Numbered from the stretch's first letter, positions 47,988 through 56,805 are shown. The stretch: 64,000 bases of DNA from an uncultured Clostridia bacterium (GCA_944332185.1 CALVJJ010000003.1:18905-82904), one strand, 5' to 3'. Made by a program: numbers and translations. The notes: generated by a model not told the origin, from the sequence alone.

Positions 47988-48096
47988 GTTTTATAATATT
48001 TTTTTTATTATGATAAATAATATACAAAAGGTTAGAGTTTTTGATATAATAACAATAGAATATATTGGATCAGAATAAGGAAATAGGAGAAAACAA

Positions 48097-48996
48097 ATGT
48101 TACTTGATAAACTATTAGAAATACTGCAACCAGTAGGATATCAAACAATTATTCAAAATATAAAAAAGATTGTGAAAAGTGCGATAGAAGACTTTATTCA
48201 AGACAAACCAATGTTTTCTATAGAAGATTTTACTATTTATGAATATGATGATTATTTGATGAATACGAATATCACCAATCAAAATGTATATAGAATATTT
48301 GTAAGAATAAATCAAAACAATAATATCAAACAAAATGTTGCTAGCACTTTAATTACGCAATCAGGTGAGGTCAAACAAATTAAAAATAAAGTGCCAGAAT
48401 TATTCATGGGATTGCAAAAAATAAAAAAAGCACTGCTGGAACAATTAAGATATTATTTTGATGAAACAACTATTTTCGAAGAACAAAAATATGGTATCAA
48501 AATACAAGGCAAAGACATACTAGAAGATGGTATTATACAACCATACTATATTATGATTATTCCTTGTATAGAGTATCACGAAAAAGATCATGCAGGAATT
48601 ATGTATTATGATGACTCCAAAATTGATGTTCAAATAGAATATCATGAGGATTGTTTAAAAAATTTTATTGATAAATATCAAGCAACGAATGGTTTGTTCT
48701 ATCAATACATTATTTTATTGAAACATGTTTTTAATATCACTGAAAAAGAAAGAATGTTACCTTATGAAATATTTGAAACGCTTTTGTATAATGTACCAAA
48801 TGAATGTTATATAGATTTATCAAAAGATACAGCTTTAAAAATTATTCATTATTTAAGTCATTGCGATCTAGGAAAGATGACAGGGTTAGATGGATTAGAT
48901 TATGTCTTTACTTCAAAATATAGATCAATGTCTTATCTATATGCAAAAAAAGTTATTAAGACCATAGGGGAAAATCTTAAAATGTTGAATTTTTAA
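48097..48996 (+). CDS. Hypothetical 299-aa protein, possibly a nucleotidyltransferase-fold protein with a degenerate active site
   Basis: TAGGAGAA SD. The C-terminal half (IMIIPC...EYHEDCLKNFIDKYQATNGLFYQYIILLKHVF...LPYEIFETLLYNVP) resembles the core and helical region of minimal NTases, but no GS...DxD motif is visible. Confidence 0.55.
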   Translation: MLLDKLLEILQPVGYQTIIQNIKKIVKSAIEDFIQDKPMFSIEDFTIYEYDDYLMNTNITNQNVYRIFVRINQNNNIKQNVASTLITQSGEVKQIKNKVPELFMGLQKIKKALLEQLRYYFDETTIFEEQKYGIKIQGKDILEDGIIQPYYIMIIPCIEYHEKDHAGIMYYDDSKIDVQIEYHEDCLKNFIDKYQATNGLFYQYIILLKHVFNITEKERMLPYEIFETLLYNVPNECYIDLSKDTALKIIHYLSHCDLGKMTGLDGLDYVFTSKYRSMSYLYAKKVIKTIGENLKMLNF

Positions 48997-49025
48997 AAAG
49001 CCTTTCATTTAAGATGATGAAAGAA

Positions 49026-49131
49026 TACTATGCAAAGTATATGTGTAGAGTATATAGATAAAAAACAGCCAATCGGGGCTGTTTTTTTATGATATAGTAC
49101 TACTATGCAAATTCGAATAGTACTATGCAAA
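49026..49131 (+). repeat. Three direct copies of TACTATGCAAA
   Basis: Copies at 49026-49036, 49101-49111 and 49121-49131. The last two are 20 bp apart, each preceded by ATAGTAC. The related AGTACTATGCAA also occurs at 43794-43805. Confidence 0.7.
49060..49088. terminator. Bidirectional intrinsic terminator downstream of ORF 48097-48996
   Basis: Stem ACAGCC / GGCTGT with a 6-nt loop, flanked by an A-run and a T-run. Confidence 0.85.
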
Positions 49132-49239
49132 AAATAAATGAAAAAATAAGAATAAGGAATCATATCATCATGATAGAAGTTTTTGAAGCAAAAATAGATT
49201 GAAGAAAATCAAAATGTCTATATTGCTGATTTTTATGGT

Positions 49240-49275
49240 AAACTATTCGTAAAACTTGCCTTTTGCGAATAGTTT
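49240..49275. repeat. Near-perfect 15-6-15 palindrome (candidate recombinase core / dif-like site)
   Basis: AAACTATTCGTAAAA-CTTGCC-TTTTGCGAATAGTTT, with one T/C asymmetry. No T-run follows on either strand. It lies in a convergent intergenic gap. Confidence 0.55.
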
Positions 49276-49360
49276 AAGAAAGCTCTTATGCCTCATTTTT
49301 CCCACTCTCCCCTTAAATTTTTTCATATTATAAAAAAAAGAAGCTTTTTTTTATCTTACT

Positions 49361-50032
49361 TTATATTGATAAAAGATAGCTGTATTCTTTTAATTTTTTT
49401 CTCTGTATCGCCCACCCTGGCATTACACTTTCTATAACTTGATAAAATTTTTTAGAATGATTGAATTCTAATAAATGAGCTAATTCATGGATTACAATAT
49501 AATCTATTATTTTTGGAGGGAGCATAGAAAGTTTGTAATTAAAACTTATCTTCCCTTCACTACTACAAGTCCCCCACCTATTGATAGATTTCATAATTTT
49601 TAAAGATTGATAATCTAGGGACATTAAATTGCTAAAAAATTCTATTCTTTGTTTTGTAATATATGCAGTCTGTTGTTCTATCCAATGTTTTAAAAAAATT
49701 TTTCTTTCTTCCTTACTTTCAATATATGGAATATAGATATACTTATCAGTAATTTCTGGAGATTGATTCTTTTGTATGGATATTACTTCATGGGGCTGAC
49801 CTAAAAATAAAATAGAATCCATTGTGATAATAGATTGATTTTCAGTTTTTGTTTTTAAGACTTCTGTTTGTTTTTTTATGATCCATTTTTCTTTTTCTTG
49901 AATAAAATTTTCTATATATTCCATAGATACCCTTTTAGGAGCATGAACAACAAGAGAACCATCTTTCGTAATTAAAAGAGACAAAGTTTTACGGTTGGTA
50001 CGAACAATCTTATTTGGCGTAATCATATTCAC
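49361..50032 (-). CDS. DUF45 / YgjP-like (M48-related) zinc metallopeptidase
   Basis: 223 aa with a GGTGA SD. It has the HExxH motif in VIHELAHLLEFNHSKKFY and the WGTCS block typical of the family. Confidence 0.85.
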   Translation of the reverse strand: MNMITPNKIVRTNRKTLSLLITKDGSLVVHAPKRVSMEYIENFIQEKEKWIIKKQTEVLKTKTENQSIITMDSILFLGQPHEVISIQKNQSPEITDKYIYIPYIESKEERKIFLKHWIEQQTAYITKQRIEFFSNLMSLDYQSLKIMKSINRWGTCSSEGKISFNYKLSMLPPKIIDYIVIHELAHLLEFNHSKKFYQVIESVMPGWAIQRKKLKEYSYLLSI

Positions 50033-50277
50033 CTCGTTTATGGTATTGTATCAAAAAATAGAAATCATAGCAAAGAAAATAAAATGACTCCCCTGCAAAA
50101 TTTGTCCAAATCTGTAAATCTTATGATTTTGGTGTGGAATACCAATAAAAGGTAAGAGGAAGAAATTCCCCTTTTATATTGAAACGATTGACTTTTATGA
50201 TAGAATTATATAGTATAATAATAACGATAGAAGTAGAAAGATCTATTCTTTACTGGAACTATGTTAGGAGGTGTTTA

Positions 50278-52068
50278 ATGCCTGCAAGACACAAAAGACC
50301 ATTGGCCAGAGGTTTTGTAAATAATAAAATTTTAGAAAGCCTGTTAGATGGAGATAAGTATGGGTATGAGATAATCAAAGAAGTCAAAGAAAAAAGTGGT
50401 GGTAAAATTGAACTAAAACAACCTAGTCTTTACAGTAGTCTAAAAAGGTTCGAACAAAAAGGACTGATCTCTTCTTATTGGGGAGATAGTGATATTGGAG
50501 GAAGAAGACATTATTACTCTATCACTGAAGTTGGTAAAAATTATTATTATACTGCAAATGATCGCGATGACTTTGATACCGTATTAGAAAAAGAAAATGA
50601 AGATGTAGATATTGAGGAAGATCAATTACGTATACCTTCCCCTACCCTCGAACATAGCGATGTCTATGATGAGGTGCATGGTTCTTTTGAAATAGATCAA
50701 CCAAATGATCACGATGATGATATACACACAGATCAGGTACAAGAACAAGATTTGACAAAACAAAACCAATTCTTAACTGATGATATTTTGGAAAAAATGA
50801 AACAACAATATCAAGTAGAAGATCATGTTGATACCATGGAAGAGAAAGAAAAACCAATATTTTCCTTTCAAAGTACTGAAGACAATGATCAACATCTTCA
50901 ACAAAATTTATTTAGTACAACAATGAGTGATGCTATTACCAACGATGAAGTTGTTCCAAACTTTGAAAAAATACAAGAATTAAAAGATATGACTCCTACC
51001 AAAGAGCCTACTAAAGAAAAACCTAAAAAAGAAATTCCTTTGTATCAAGAAAAACCAATGCAATATCATGATTGGGAAGATATGAAAAAACAAGCGACAA
51101 TGAAAAAATCATTTGATATGAATGATGAATCTATTGTGTCTGATAGTACAAAGGAAATGTTTAACCAAAAGATATTCCTAGATCAAGATGAAAGAATTGA
51201 TGTTGGAGACAATGTCAATATGTCTTTAAATCATAAAAAATTAGATGAAAAAAGATATTATTTTACTAAAGATGATAGCTCTATTACACCAAAACCATCT
51301 TATGAAGAAGAAAAGAAAAACCAACAAGAAGATATTGATTATAGAAGCATTTTGGGTGAATTAGTGAATTCCACTGATCCAAAACAAAAAGAACATGCTT
51401 ATATGGTACAAGAAGAATTACTTGGCAAAATGAAGCAGATGAATCAAAAATATATAAAAAATTTTGAAGAAGAAAAAGATACTACGACACAAATTGCTGA
51501 TGCTGATGAATATAAGGTGTCTAATGTACAAATATCTCAAAATGAGCATACTTCTATCTTGCCTTCTATCAAAGATATGGGCATTCAATATTATGAGCCT
51601 GTGTTAAAAGACGCTAAAGATAGAAATTTTGTAAAAATCAATAAAGTCAATATGATTACTTCTTTTATACTAGCACCTATTATTTTATTACAAATGCTAA
51701 TCATTCTACTTGTGCAATATTACTGCCCTACCCTACTTATTGATGGACAATTACCAATGATTGCTGGTGCACTTTATATCATCGTAGCTTCTGCTGCTGT
51801 ACTGATACCTATCTTCTTTACGATTGTATACTTTATGAATCCTAATAAGAAAAAGAAACGACTCTATTTGACAAAGAATTTCATTTGGAACGGTATGATT
51901 GCGTTCTTTGCAGTCTTACTTTTAATTCTTACTCTTAATATGTTGTTTGGTTGTCGAGTGTATAATTGGAAAAATTATTTTGCCCAACTTTTTATTCCAG
52001 CAATATTGGCTACGAACTTTATCATTTATCCTATTGTCAAAGGTTGGATGATTCAAAAGATAAAATAA
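50278..52068 (+). CDS. Membrane-anchored PadR-family transcriptional regulator
   Basis: The ATG at 50278 follows TAGGAGGTG. It has an N-terminal PadR winged helix (ILESLLDGDKYGYEIIKEV...PSLYSSLKRFEQKGLISSYW...RRHYYSITEVG), about 370 aa of acidic low-complexity linker, and 4 predicted C-terminal TM helices. Confidence 0.8.
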   Translation: MPARHKRPLARGFVNNKILESLLDGDKYGYEIIKEVKEKSGGKIELKQPSLYSSLKRFEQKGLISSYWGDSDIGGRRHYYSITEVGKNYYYTANDRDDFDTVLEKENEDVDIEEDQLRIPSPTLEHSDVYDEVHGSFEIDQPNDHDDDIHTDQVQEQDLTKQNQFLTDDILEKMKQQYQVEDHVDTMEEKEKPIFSFQSTEDNDQHLQQNLFSTTMSDAITNDEVVPNFEKIQELKDMTPTKEPTKEKPKKEIPLYQEKPMQYHDWEDMKKQATMKKSFDMNDESIVSDSTKEMFNQKIFLDQDERIDVGDNVNMSLNHKKLDEKRYYFTKDDSSITPKPSYEEEKKNQQEDIDYRSILGELVNSTDPKQKEHAYMVQEELLGKMKQMNQKYIKNFEEEKDTTTQIADADEYKVSNVQISQNEHTSILPSIKDMGIQYYEPVLKDAKDRNFVKINKVNMITSFILAPIILLQMLIILLVQYYCPTLLIDGQLPMIAGALYIIVASAAVLIPIFFTIVYFMNPNKKKKRLYLTKNFIWNGMIAFFAVLLLILTLNMLFGCRVYNWKNYFAQLFIPAILATNFIIYPIVKGWMIQKIK

Positions 52069-52097
52069 ACATGTTCTGTTTACGGAACATGTTTTTT
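52067..52097. terminator. Bidirectional hairpin shared by two convergent genes
   Basis: Ten-bp stem AAACATGTTC / GAACATGTTT with an 8-nt loop. It overlaps the stop codons of both the PadR gene and the TVP38 gene. Confidence 0.75.
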
Positions 52098-52964
52098 ATT
52101 ATGCTTATGTGGTAACCAGTTCAGTACCTTTTTTTCTATTTTTTCTTGATTTTTAGTCAAATAATAAATACTAAAAAGTATAATGATTGCAAGGGCTATC
52201 CATACATAGATTCCCCACCCTTGAAAAGGAATAATATATCCTCCACCAAAATAACACATACAAATTACACCGATGGGACGAGTAATCAAAGCCACAAAAA
52301 AGAAATATTGAAAACTCATGGTAGTGATACCGGCGATCAGACATAATATATCATCTGGGAAAAGAGGTAATAAAAAGGCATAGAATAAGAAAAATTTTCC
52401 ACGATCGTTAATAATACTAGCATATTTGGTGGCATTTTGATATCCCACAATCCAAGATACTAATTTGAACCCAAATATTTTGCCTAGACAAAAGGAAACA
52501 TAAGATCCAAGTAAAACACCGATACTATCTAACACACCTCCCCACAACGGTCCCCATATAGCTACACCTGCTAATGTAATGATGCCTGCAGGAATAGGTA
52601 AAAAAATAACTTGAGCCATTTGAATAAGGATATAGACTATCATACCCTTTTTGCCAGTGCTTAATATGAATATTTTGAGGTTGGTAATAGAAGAAAAAAT
52701 ATACATAAGTTGATAATACTGTAATATGGAAGCTATAATCAGTGCAGATACACACAAAAACTCAGTAACGAATAGAACTTTATAAATCCAGTTATGAAGA
52801 TAATAATAAGTAATCATCACGAGACAACTGACAAAAATGACACTGCTTAGTATAATGACTCGAACAAAAAAGGATTGTATAAAATACGGATTCCACAAAA
52901 AAGATATGAATAAAGATATTGGTAAGAGCACAATCATACCTAGTAAAAATAACATCTTTTTCAC
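52080..52964 (-). CDS. TVP38/TMEM64 (DedA-related) family membrane protein with extra N-terminal TM helices
   Basis: 294 aa with a GTG start after GGAG. The motif LPLFPDDILCLIAGITTMSF is typical of the family. Confidence 0.8.
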   Translation of the reverse strand: MKKMLFLLGMIVLLPISLFISFLWNPYFIQSFFVRVIILSSVIFVSCLVMITYYYLHNWIYKVLFVTEFLCVSALIIASILQYYQLMYIFSSITNLKIFILSTGKKGMIVYILIQMAQVIFLPIPAGIITLAGVAIWGPLWGGVLDSIGVLLGSYVSFCLGKIFGFKLVSWIVGYQNATKYASIINDRGKFFLFYAFLLPLFPDDILCLIAGITTMSFQYFFFVALITRPIGVICMCYFGGGYIIPFQGWGIYVWIALAIIILFSIYYLTKNQEKIEKKVLNWLPHKHNKKHVP

Positions 52965-53013
52965 AAAAACAATCTCCTTTTTTAAAAAAACAAAAAATCT
53001 TCTTGTATAAATA

Positions 53014-53042
53014 TTGGAATAAGTAAAAATATTTGATATAAT
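53014..53042 (+). promoter_or_regulatory. Sigma-A-like promoter of the ABC transporter operon
   Basis: TTGGAA at 53014-53019, a 17-bp spacer, and TATAAT at 53037-53042 preceded by TGA (extended -10). Confidence 0.5.
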
Positions 53043-53136
53043 GATATAATAAAAGATATGATTTATTTTCGTTGAATATATCCTTTTTATACAATATGCT
53101 AGTGTTGTAAAAAATAGAATATGGAGGTATCATCTA

Positions 53137-54078
53137 GTGGATTTTAAAGTAGTACTTGACGTACGCAATGTCGTCAAAGAATATGGGGAAAGAAAAGCAG
53201 TCAATCAAGTTTCTTTCCAGATACATGAAGGAGAAATATTTGGTTTTTTAGGACCTAATGGAGCGGGAAAAACCACAACGATGAAGATGATATGTGGGCT
53301 TACAAAAATTTCTTCTGGCGAGATCTATGTTTGTGGAAAATCAGTCACGAAAGACAAAGAATATTGCTTGAAAAATATTGGTGCCATGATTGAAACTCCT
53401 CTTATGTATGGATATATGTCTGGATATGATAATTTGAAATATTATGCTACCCTACATGAAGGTATTACAAAAGAAAATATCTTGTCTGTTGCTCGTGTGG
53501 TAGGACTGGAAAATCGTTTGAAAGATAAAGTCAAGACTTATTCTTTAGGTATGCGTCAAAGATTGGGTATTGCGCAAGCATTACTACATAATCCAAAACT
53601 TTTAGTGTTAGATGAACCACTCAGTGGACTAGATCCTGCTGGTGTAAAAGAAATAAGAGATTTTTTAAAATATTTAGCAAAAAAGCATAAAATCGCTATC
53701 TTTATTTCTAGTCATATGTTAAGTGAAATGGAAATGCTATGTGATACTATTGGCATTATTAACAACGGATATTTGTTGGAAGTAAAACATCTAAAACAAT
53801 TAAAGGAAGGTCTAAAAGGCCAACAAAGGATTAGAATTAAAGTGGACTACCCTAATTTTGCTGGTTCTATTGTTATAAAAGTCTTAAAATTGCCAGTAGA
53901 AATTGCTGGGAATAGCATTTTAATTAAAGCAGATGAAAAGCAAGTATCAAAAATTACAAAATGTTTACTTGATCATGGAGTGAATATATTTAGTATTGAA
54001 TTTGTAGAAAAAACACTAGAAGAAGTCTTTATGGAAATCATAGATAAGAAAACCAACGGAAAGAACTCTATTTTATAA
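53137..54078 (+). CDS. ABC transporter ATP-binding protein (ABC-2 exporter type)
   Basis: GTG start 8 nt after GGAGGT. Walker A GPNGAGKTT, signature LSLGMRQRL and Walker B LLVLDEPLSGLDP. Confidence 0.9.
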   Translation: MDFKVVLDVRNVVKEYGERKAVNQVSFQIHEGEIFGFLGPNGAGKTTTMKMICGLTKISSGEIYVCGKSVTKDKEYCLKNIGAMIETPLMYGYMSGYDNLKYYATLHEGITKENILSVARVVGLENRLKDKVKTYSLGMRQRLGIAQALLHNPKLLVLDEPLSGLDPAGVKEIRDFLKYLAKKHKIAIFISSHMLSEMEMLCDTIGIINNGYLLEVKHLKQLKEGLKGQQRIRIKVDYPNFAGSIVIKVLKLPVEIAGNSILIKADEKQVSKITKCLLDHGVNIFSIEFVEKTLEEVFMEIIDKKTNGKNSIL

Positions 54079-54088
54079 GAGGTGAAAC

Positions 54089-56215
54089 ATGGGTATATTT
54101 AGAATTGCAAAAGCAGAATTCATAAAAATTTTTAAAAAGCCAAGTATTTATATTATGGCTTTGGTTTTGCTTATAACCATCTTATTTTCTACTACCTTTT
54201 TCAAACCAAATAAAGTTTCCAATTATATGGTAAGAGATTTAGGCAATACTGTTTCAGAGATTTATACAAGTTATCATGATGGAGATGGTCAAGATACAAA
54301 AGCAAACTATCAAAATTTAGTGTATACTGCACTTGGTAAAATTGAATTTTATCAAAATCAAAATTTAAGAAATGATGATATTACCTTAAAAATGCTAACC
54401 TTGCAAGATGCTTATTACTTATATTATGATATTGTTCAAAACGATAAAACAAATACAACTGCCCTTCAATCTGTTAAAAATTCTTTTATTGTAGCATTAA
54501 AAGATTTACAATCTTCTTTAGGAAATTTTGATCATATTGATGGTATGGAATATGCTACATTTGACTTATTTACAAAGTATACGAATAGTTCTATGTATCA
54601 AACAGATATGACAACAATGAGTGATTTTATTGCAAAAAGTTTTATGAATGATATTTCTTATTTTAATTATTTACAACAAGAAAATTTTCTAGAAAAAATG
54701 CAAACAATAGCTAGCAATCACAAAAATTATATTGGAATTACATTATCTTCTTATCTAATAGATTATGAAAATAAATATGCAGCTTTTCTTAATAATTTGG
54801 ATCAAAGCAGTAGTACTTCTACCATTCAAAATGCTGTCATCAATTTGATAGATTCTCTTCGTGTTATGCAAGAGTATTACCAAACGTTGTTTACCACTTC
54901 TCCCCTTTTAAGAGATGGGCAAACCACAGAAAAAATACCTTTAATCTTAACAACAACCAAGAGCTATACTGCTTATAATGAATTGTTTGAGGAATATCAA
55001 CAGGTATTAAGTTCTGGAGATACATTTGAAAAGTTTACAGAAATTAGTGCAACCATTACCAAGAATAATTATCATACACAAATTCAAACAATAGATAGTG
55101 ATTACGAGCTTGTAACAATAGATCAAACTCAACTAGTATCTTTACAAGAATATATGCAAAAATATGTATATCCACATATTGATGCGATTATTGATGATAA
55201 AACTGGAACTATTTATCAAATGTATATTGAAAATCCAGCTAGCAGTAGTTTGACAGATACACAAAATATTCTAACAGAAATTACCAAAGCAAAATCTGTT
55301 GCAAGCAACACCAATGATTACATTCAAAATCAACTGATTATGATGATCACAAATGGTAAAACAGATGCAGAAATCAATACCTTGTATGGATTTGATTTTG
55401 CTCAATATTCTCTGTATGAATCTCAAGAATCTTCTACGAGAATCAATTATTTGCTAACCAATCGAAAATATGATTTTGAATACGATTATGCCTTTGCTGA
55501 TGGGCAAACAAGTGGGACAAAAACGAATGCCTATGATTTTGTATATTATGCTTTAAAGTGGTCTGTTTTATTAGTTTCTATCTATGTGATCGCTATGGCA
55601 AGTAGCTCTATTGCAACAGAACAAGAAAATGGAACAATAAAATTATTATTAGTACGCCCATACAAACGATTTAAGATTATTACAGGCAAATTTTTATCTA
55701 TTATGAGTTTCGCATTTATCTTTATGTTGTTTAGTCTTTTAGCTTCCTTTTTCGTAGGATATGGACTATATGGACTGCAAAGTCAAACTATTCTTACAGT
55801 TTTCAATGCAAACACTGCCTTTACCATTAGTCCGGTTGGATTGATGCTACTCAATTTTGTGTTTAGTTTCTTGGAAGTCTTGATTTATTTATGCATTGCA
55901 GTGATGTTTGCAACTGTCTTTAAATCTTTTGCGTCTTCTTTCTCTGTATCTTTAATTGTTTTTGTATTACTCTTATTCTCTAATGTTTTATTAGGATCTA
56001 CTTATGTATTTGGTGTCTTGCCTTTTGCTCATTTTAATTTATACAAATTCTTTGGAGGTGTTTTTAGAGCTGGAGATGTTAGTGGGATTAACTCATTATT
56101 TGCAACACATTTGATAGGTGTTGTGCACATAGGCTGGGCTATTTTATATAATGCAATTATTGTATTGATTACGAGTATTATTACCTATGTCGTATTTAAA
56201 CATAGAGATTTTTAA
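54089..56215 (+). CDS. ABC-2 family permease with a large extracytoplasmic domain of about 450 aa
   Basis: 708 aa. TM1 at residues 20-40, then a long soluble segment, then 5 TM helices at the C-terminus. GAGGTG SD. Confidence 0.8.
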   Translation: MGIFRIAKAEFIKIFKKPSIYIMALVLLITILFSTTFFKPNKVSNYMVRDLGNTVSEIYTSYHDGDGQDTKANYQNLVYTALGKIEFYQNQNLRNDDITLKMLTLQDAYYLYYDIVQNDKTNTTALQSVKNSFIVALKDLQSSLGNFDHIDGMEYATFDLFTKYTNSSMYQTDMTTMSDFIAKSFMNDISYFNYLQQENFLEKMQTIASNHKNYIGITLSSYLIDYENKYAAFLNNLDQSSSTSTIQNAVINLIDSLRVMQEYYQTLFTTSPLLRDGQTTEKIPLILTTTKSYTAYNELFEEYQQVLSSGDTFEKFTEISATITKNNYHTQIQTIDSDYELVTIDQTQLVSLQEYMQKYVYPHIDAIIDDKTGTIYQMYIENPASSSLTDTQNILTEITKAKSVASNTNDYIQNQLIMMITNGKTDAEINTLYGFDFAQYSLYESQESSTRINYLLTNRKYDFEYDYAFADGQTSGTKTNAYDFVYYALKWSVLLVSIYVIAMASSSIATEQENGTIKLLLVRPYKRFKIITGKFLSIMSFAFIFMLFSLLASFFVGYGLYGLQSQTILTVFNANTAFTISPVGLMLLNFVFSFLEVLIYLCIAVMFATVFKSFASSFSVSLIVFVLLLFSNVLLGSTYVFGVLPFAHFNLYKFFGGVFRAGDVSGINSLFATHLIGVVHIGWAILYNAIIVLITSIITYVVFKHRDF

Positions 56216-56221
56216 AAAAAA

Positions 56222-56262
56222 GAACACACAGTAAGAAAAACTTATTGTGTGTTTTGTTTTTT
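56222..56262. terminator. Strong bidirectional terminator between the ABC permease gene and rnhA
   Basis: Thirteen-bp stem AACACACAGTAAG / CTTATTGTGTGTT flanked by an A-run and a T-run. Confidence 0.85.
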
Positions 56263-56278
56263 CATGTATTGGTAACTA

Positions 56279-56719
56279 TCAAATTTTATGCTTTGCAATT
56301 TCCCCTGTTGCTAATTGATCACATCGATTATTATATTGGTTATCTGCATGTCCCTTTACTTTAACAAATTGATATTCATGTCTAGATAGTAAAGATAACA
56401 ATGTGATCCACAAATCTTGATTGGCAACAGGTTTCTTATTGGCAGTTTTCCAATTATTTAGTTGCCAATTTCGAATCCACCCTTGCTCAAAAGCATTCAT
56501 AGTATAAGCACTATCAGTATAAATCGTGATATTGCATGGTTCTTTTATTTTTTTTAATCCTTCTATGACTGCCGTAATTTCCATTTTATTGTTGGTTGTT
56601 TCAGCATCATAACCACTAAATTCTTTGATAAGATCCTTATAGATCAGCACAACACCCCACCCTCCTGGTCCAGGGTTTCCACTACAAGCCCCATCTGTAT
56701 ACATATCGATATGTTTCAT
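56279..56719 (-). CDS. rnhA: Ribonuclease HI
   Basis: The ATG at 56719 follows GGTG. The sequence MKHIDMYTDGACSGNPGPGGWGVVL and the conserved D/E/D/D pattern match RNase HI. Confidence 0.9.
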   Translation of the reverse strand: MKHIDMYTDGACSGNPGPGGWGVVLIYKDLIKEFSGYDAETTNNKMEITAVIEGLKKIKEPCNITIYTDSAYTMNAFEQGWIRNWQLNNWKTANKKPVANQDLWITLLSLLSRHEYQFVKVKGHADNQYNNRCDQLATGEIAKHKI

Positions 56720-56805
56720 CTTATTCACCTACTATAAAAAGTATAGCATACTTGCTATCATTTTCCTATTAAATAAGGAATTTTATAAAAAAATATCAGT
56801 TTTTA

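Noticed and set aside
49243-49296. 17-codon minus-strand ORF (MRHKSFLKLFAKGKFYE) with a strong GGGGAGAG SD, running through the palindrome.
   Set aside because: It is too short to support from sequence alone and has no recognisable family. It could be a chance ORF. It is worth a look only if ribosome profiling or conservation supports it.
52792-53133. 113-aa minus-strand ORF spanning the TVP38 5-prime end and the ABC promoter region.
   Set aside because: It overlaps the TVP38 gene out of frame and covers an AT-rich promoter region. No SD or motif supports it.
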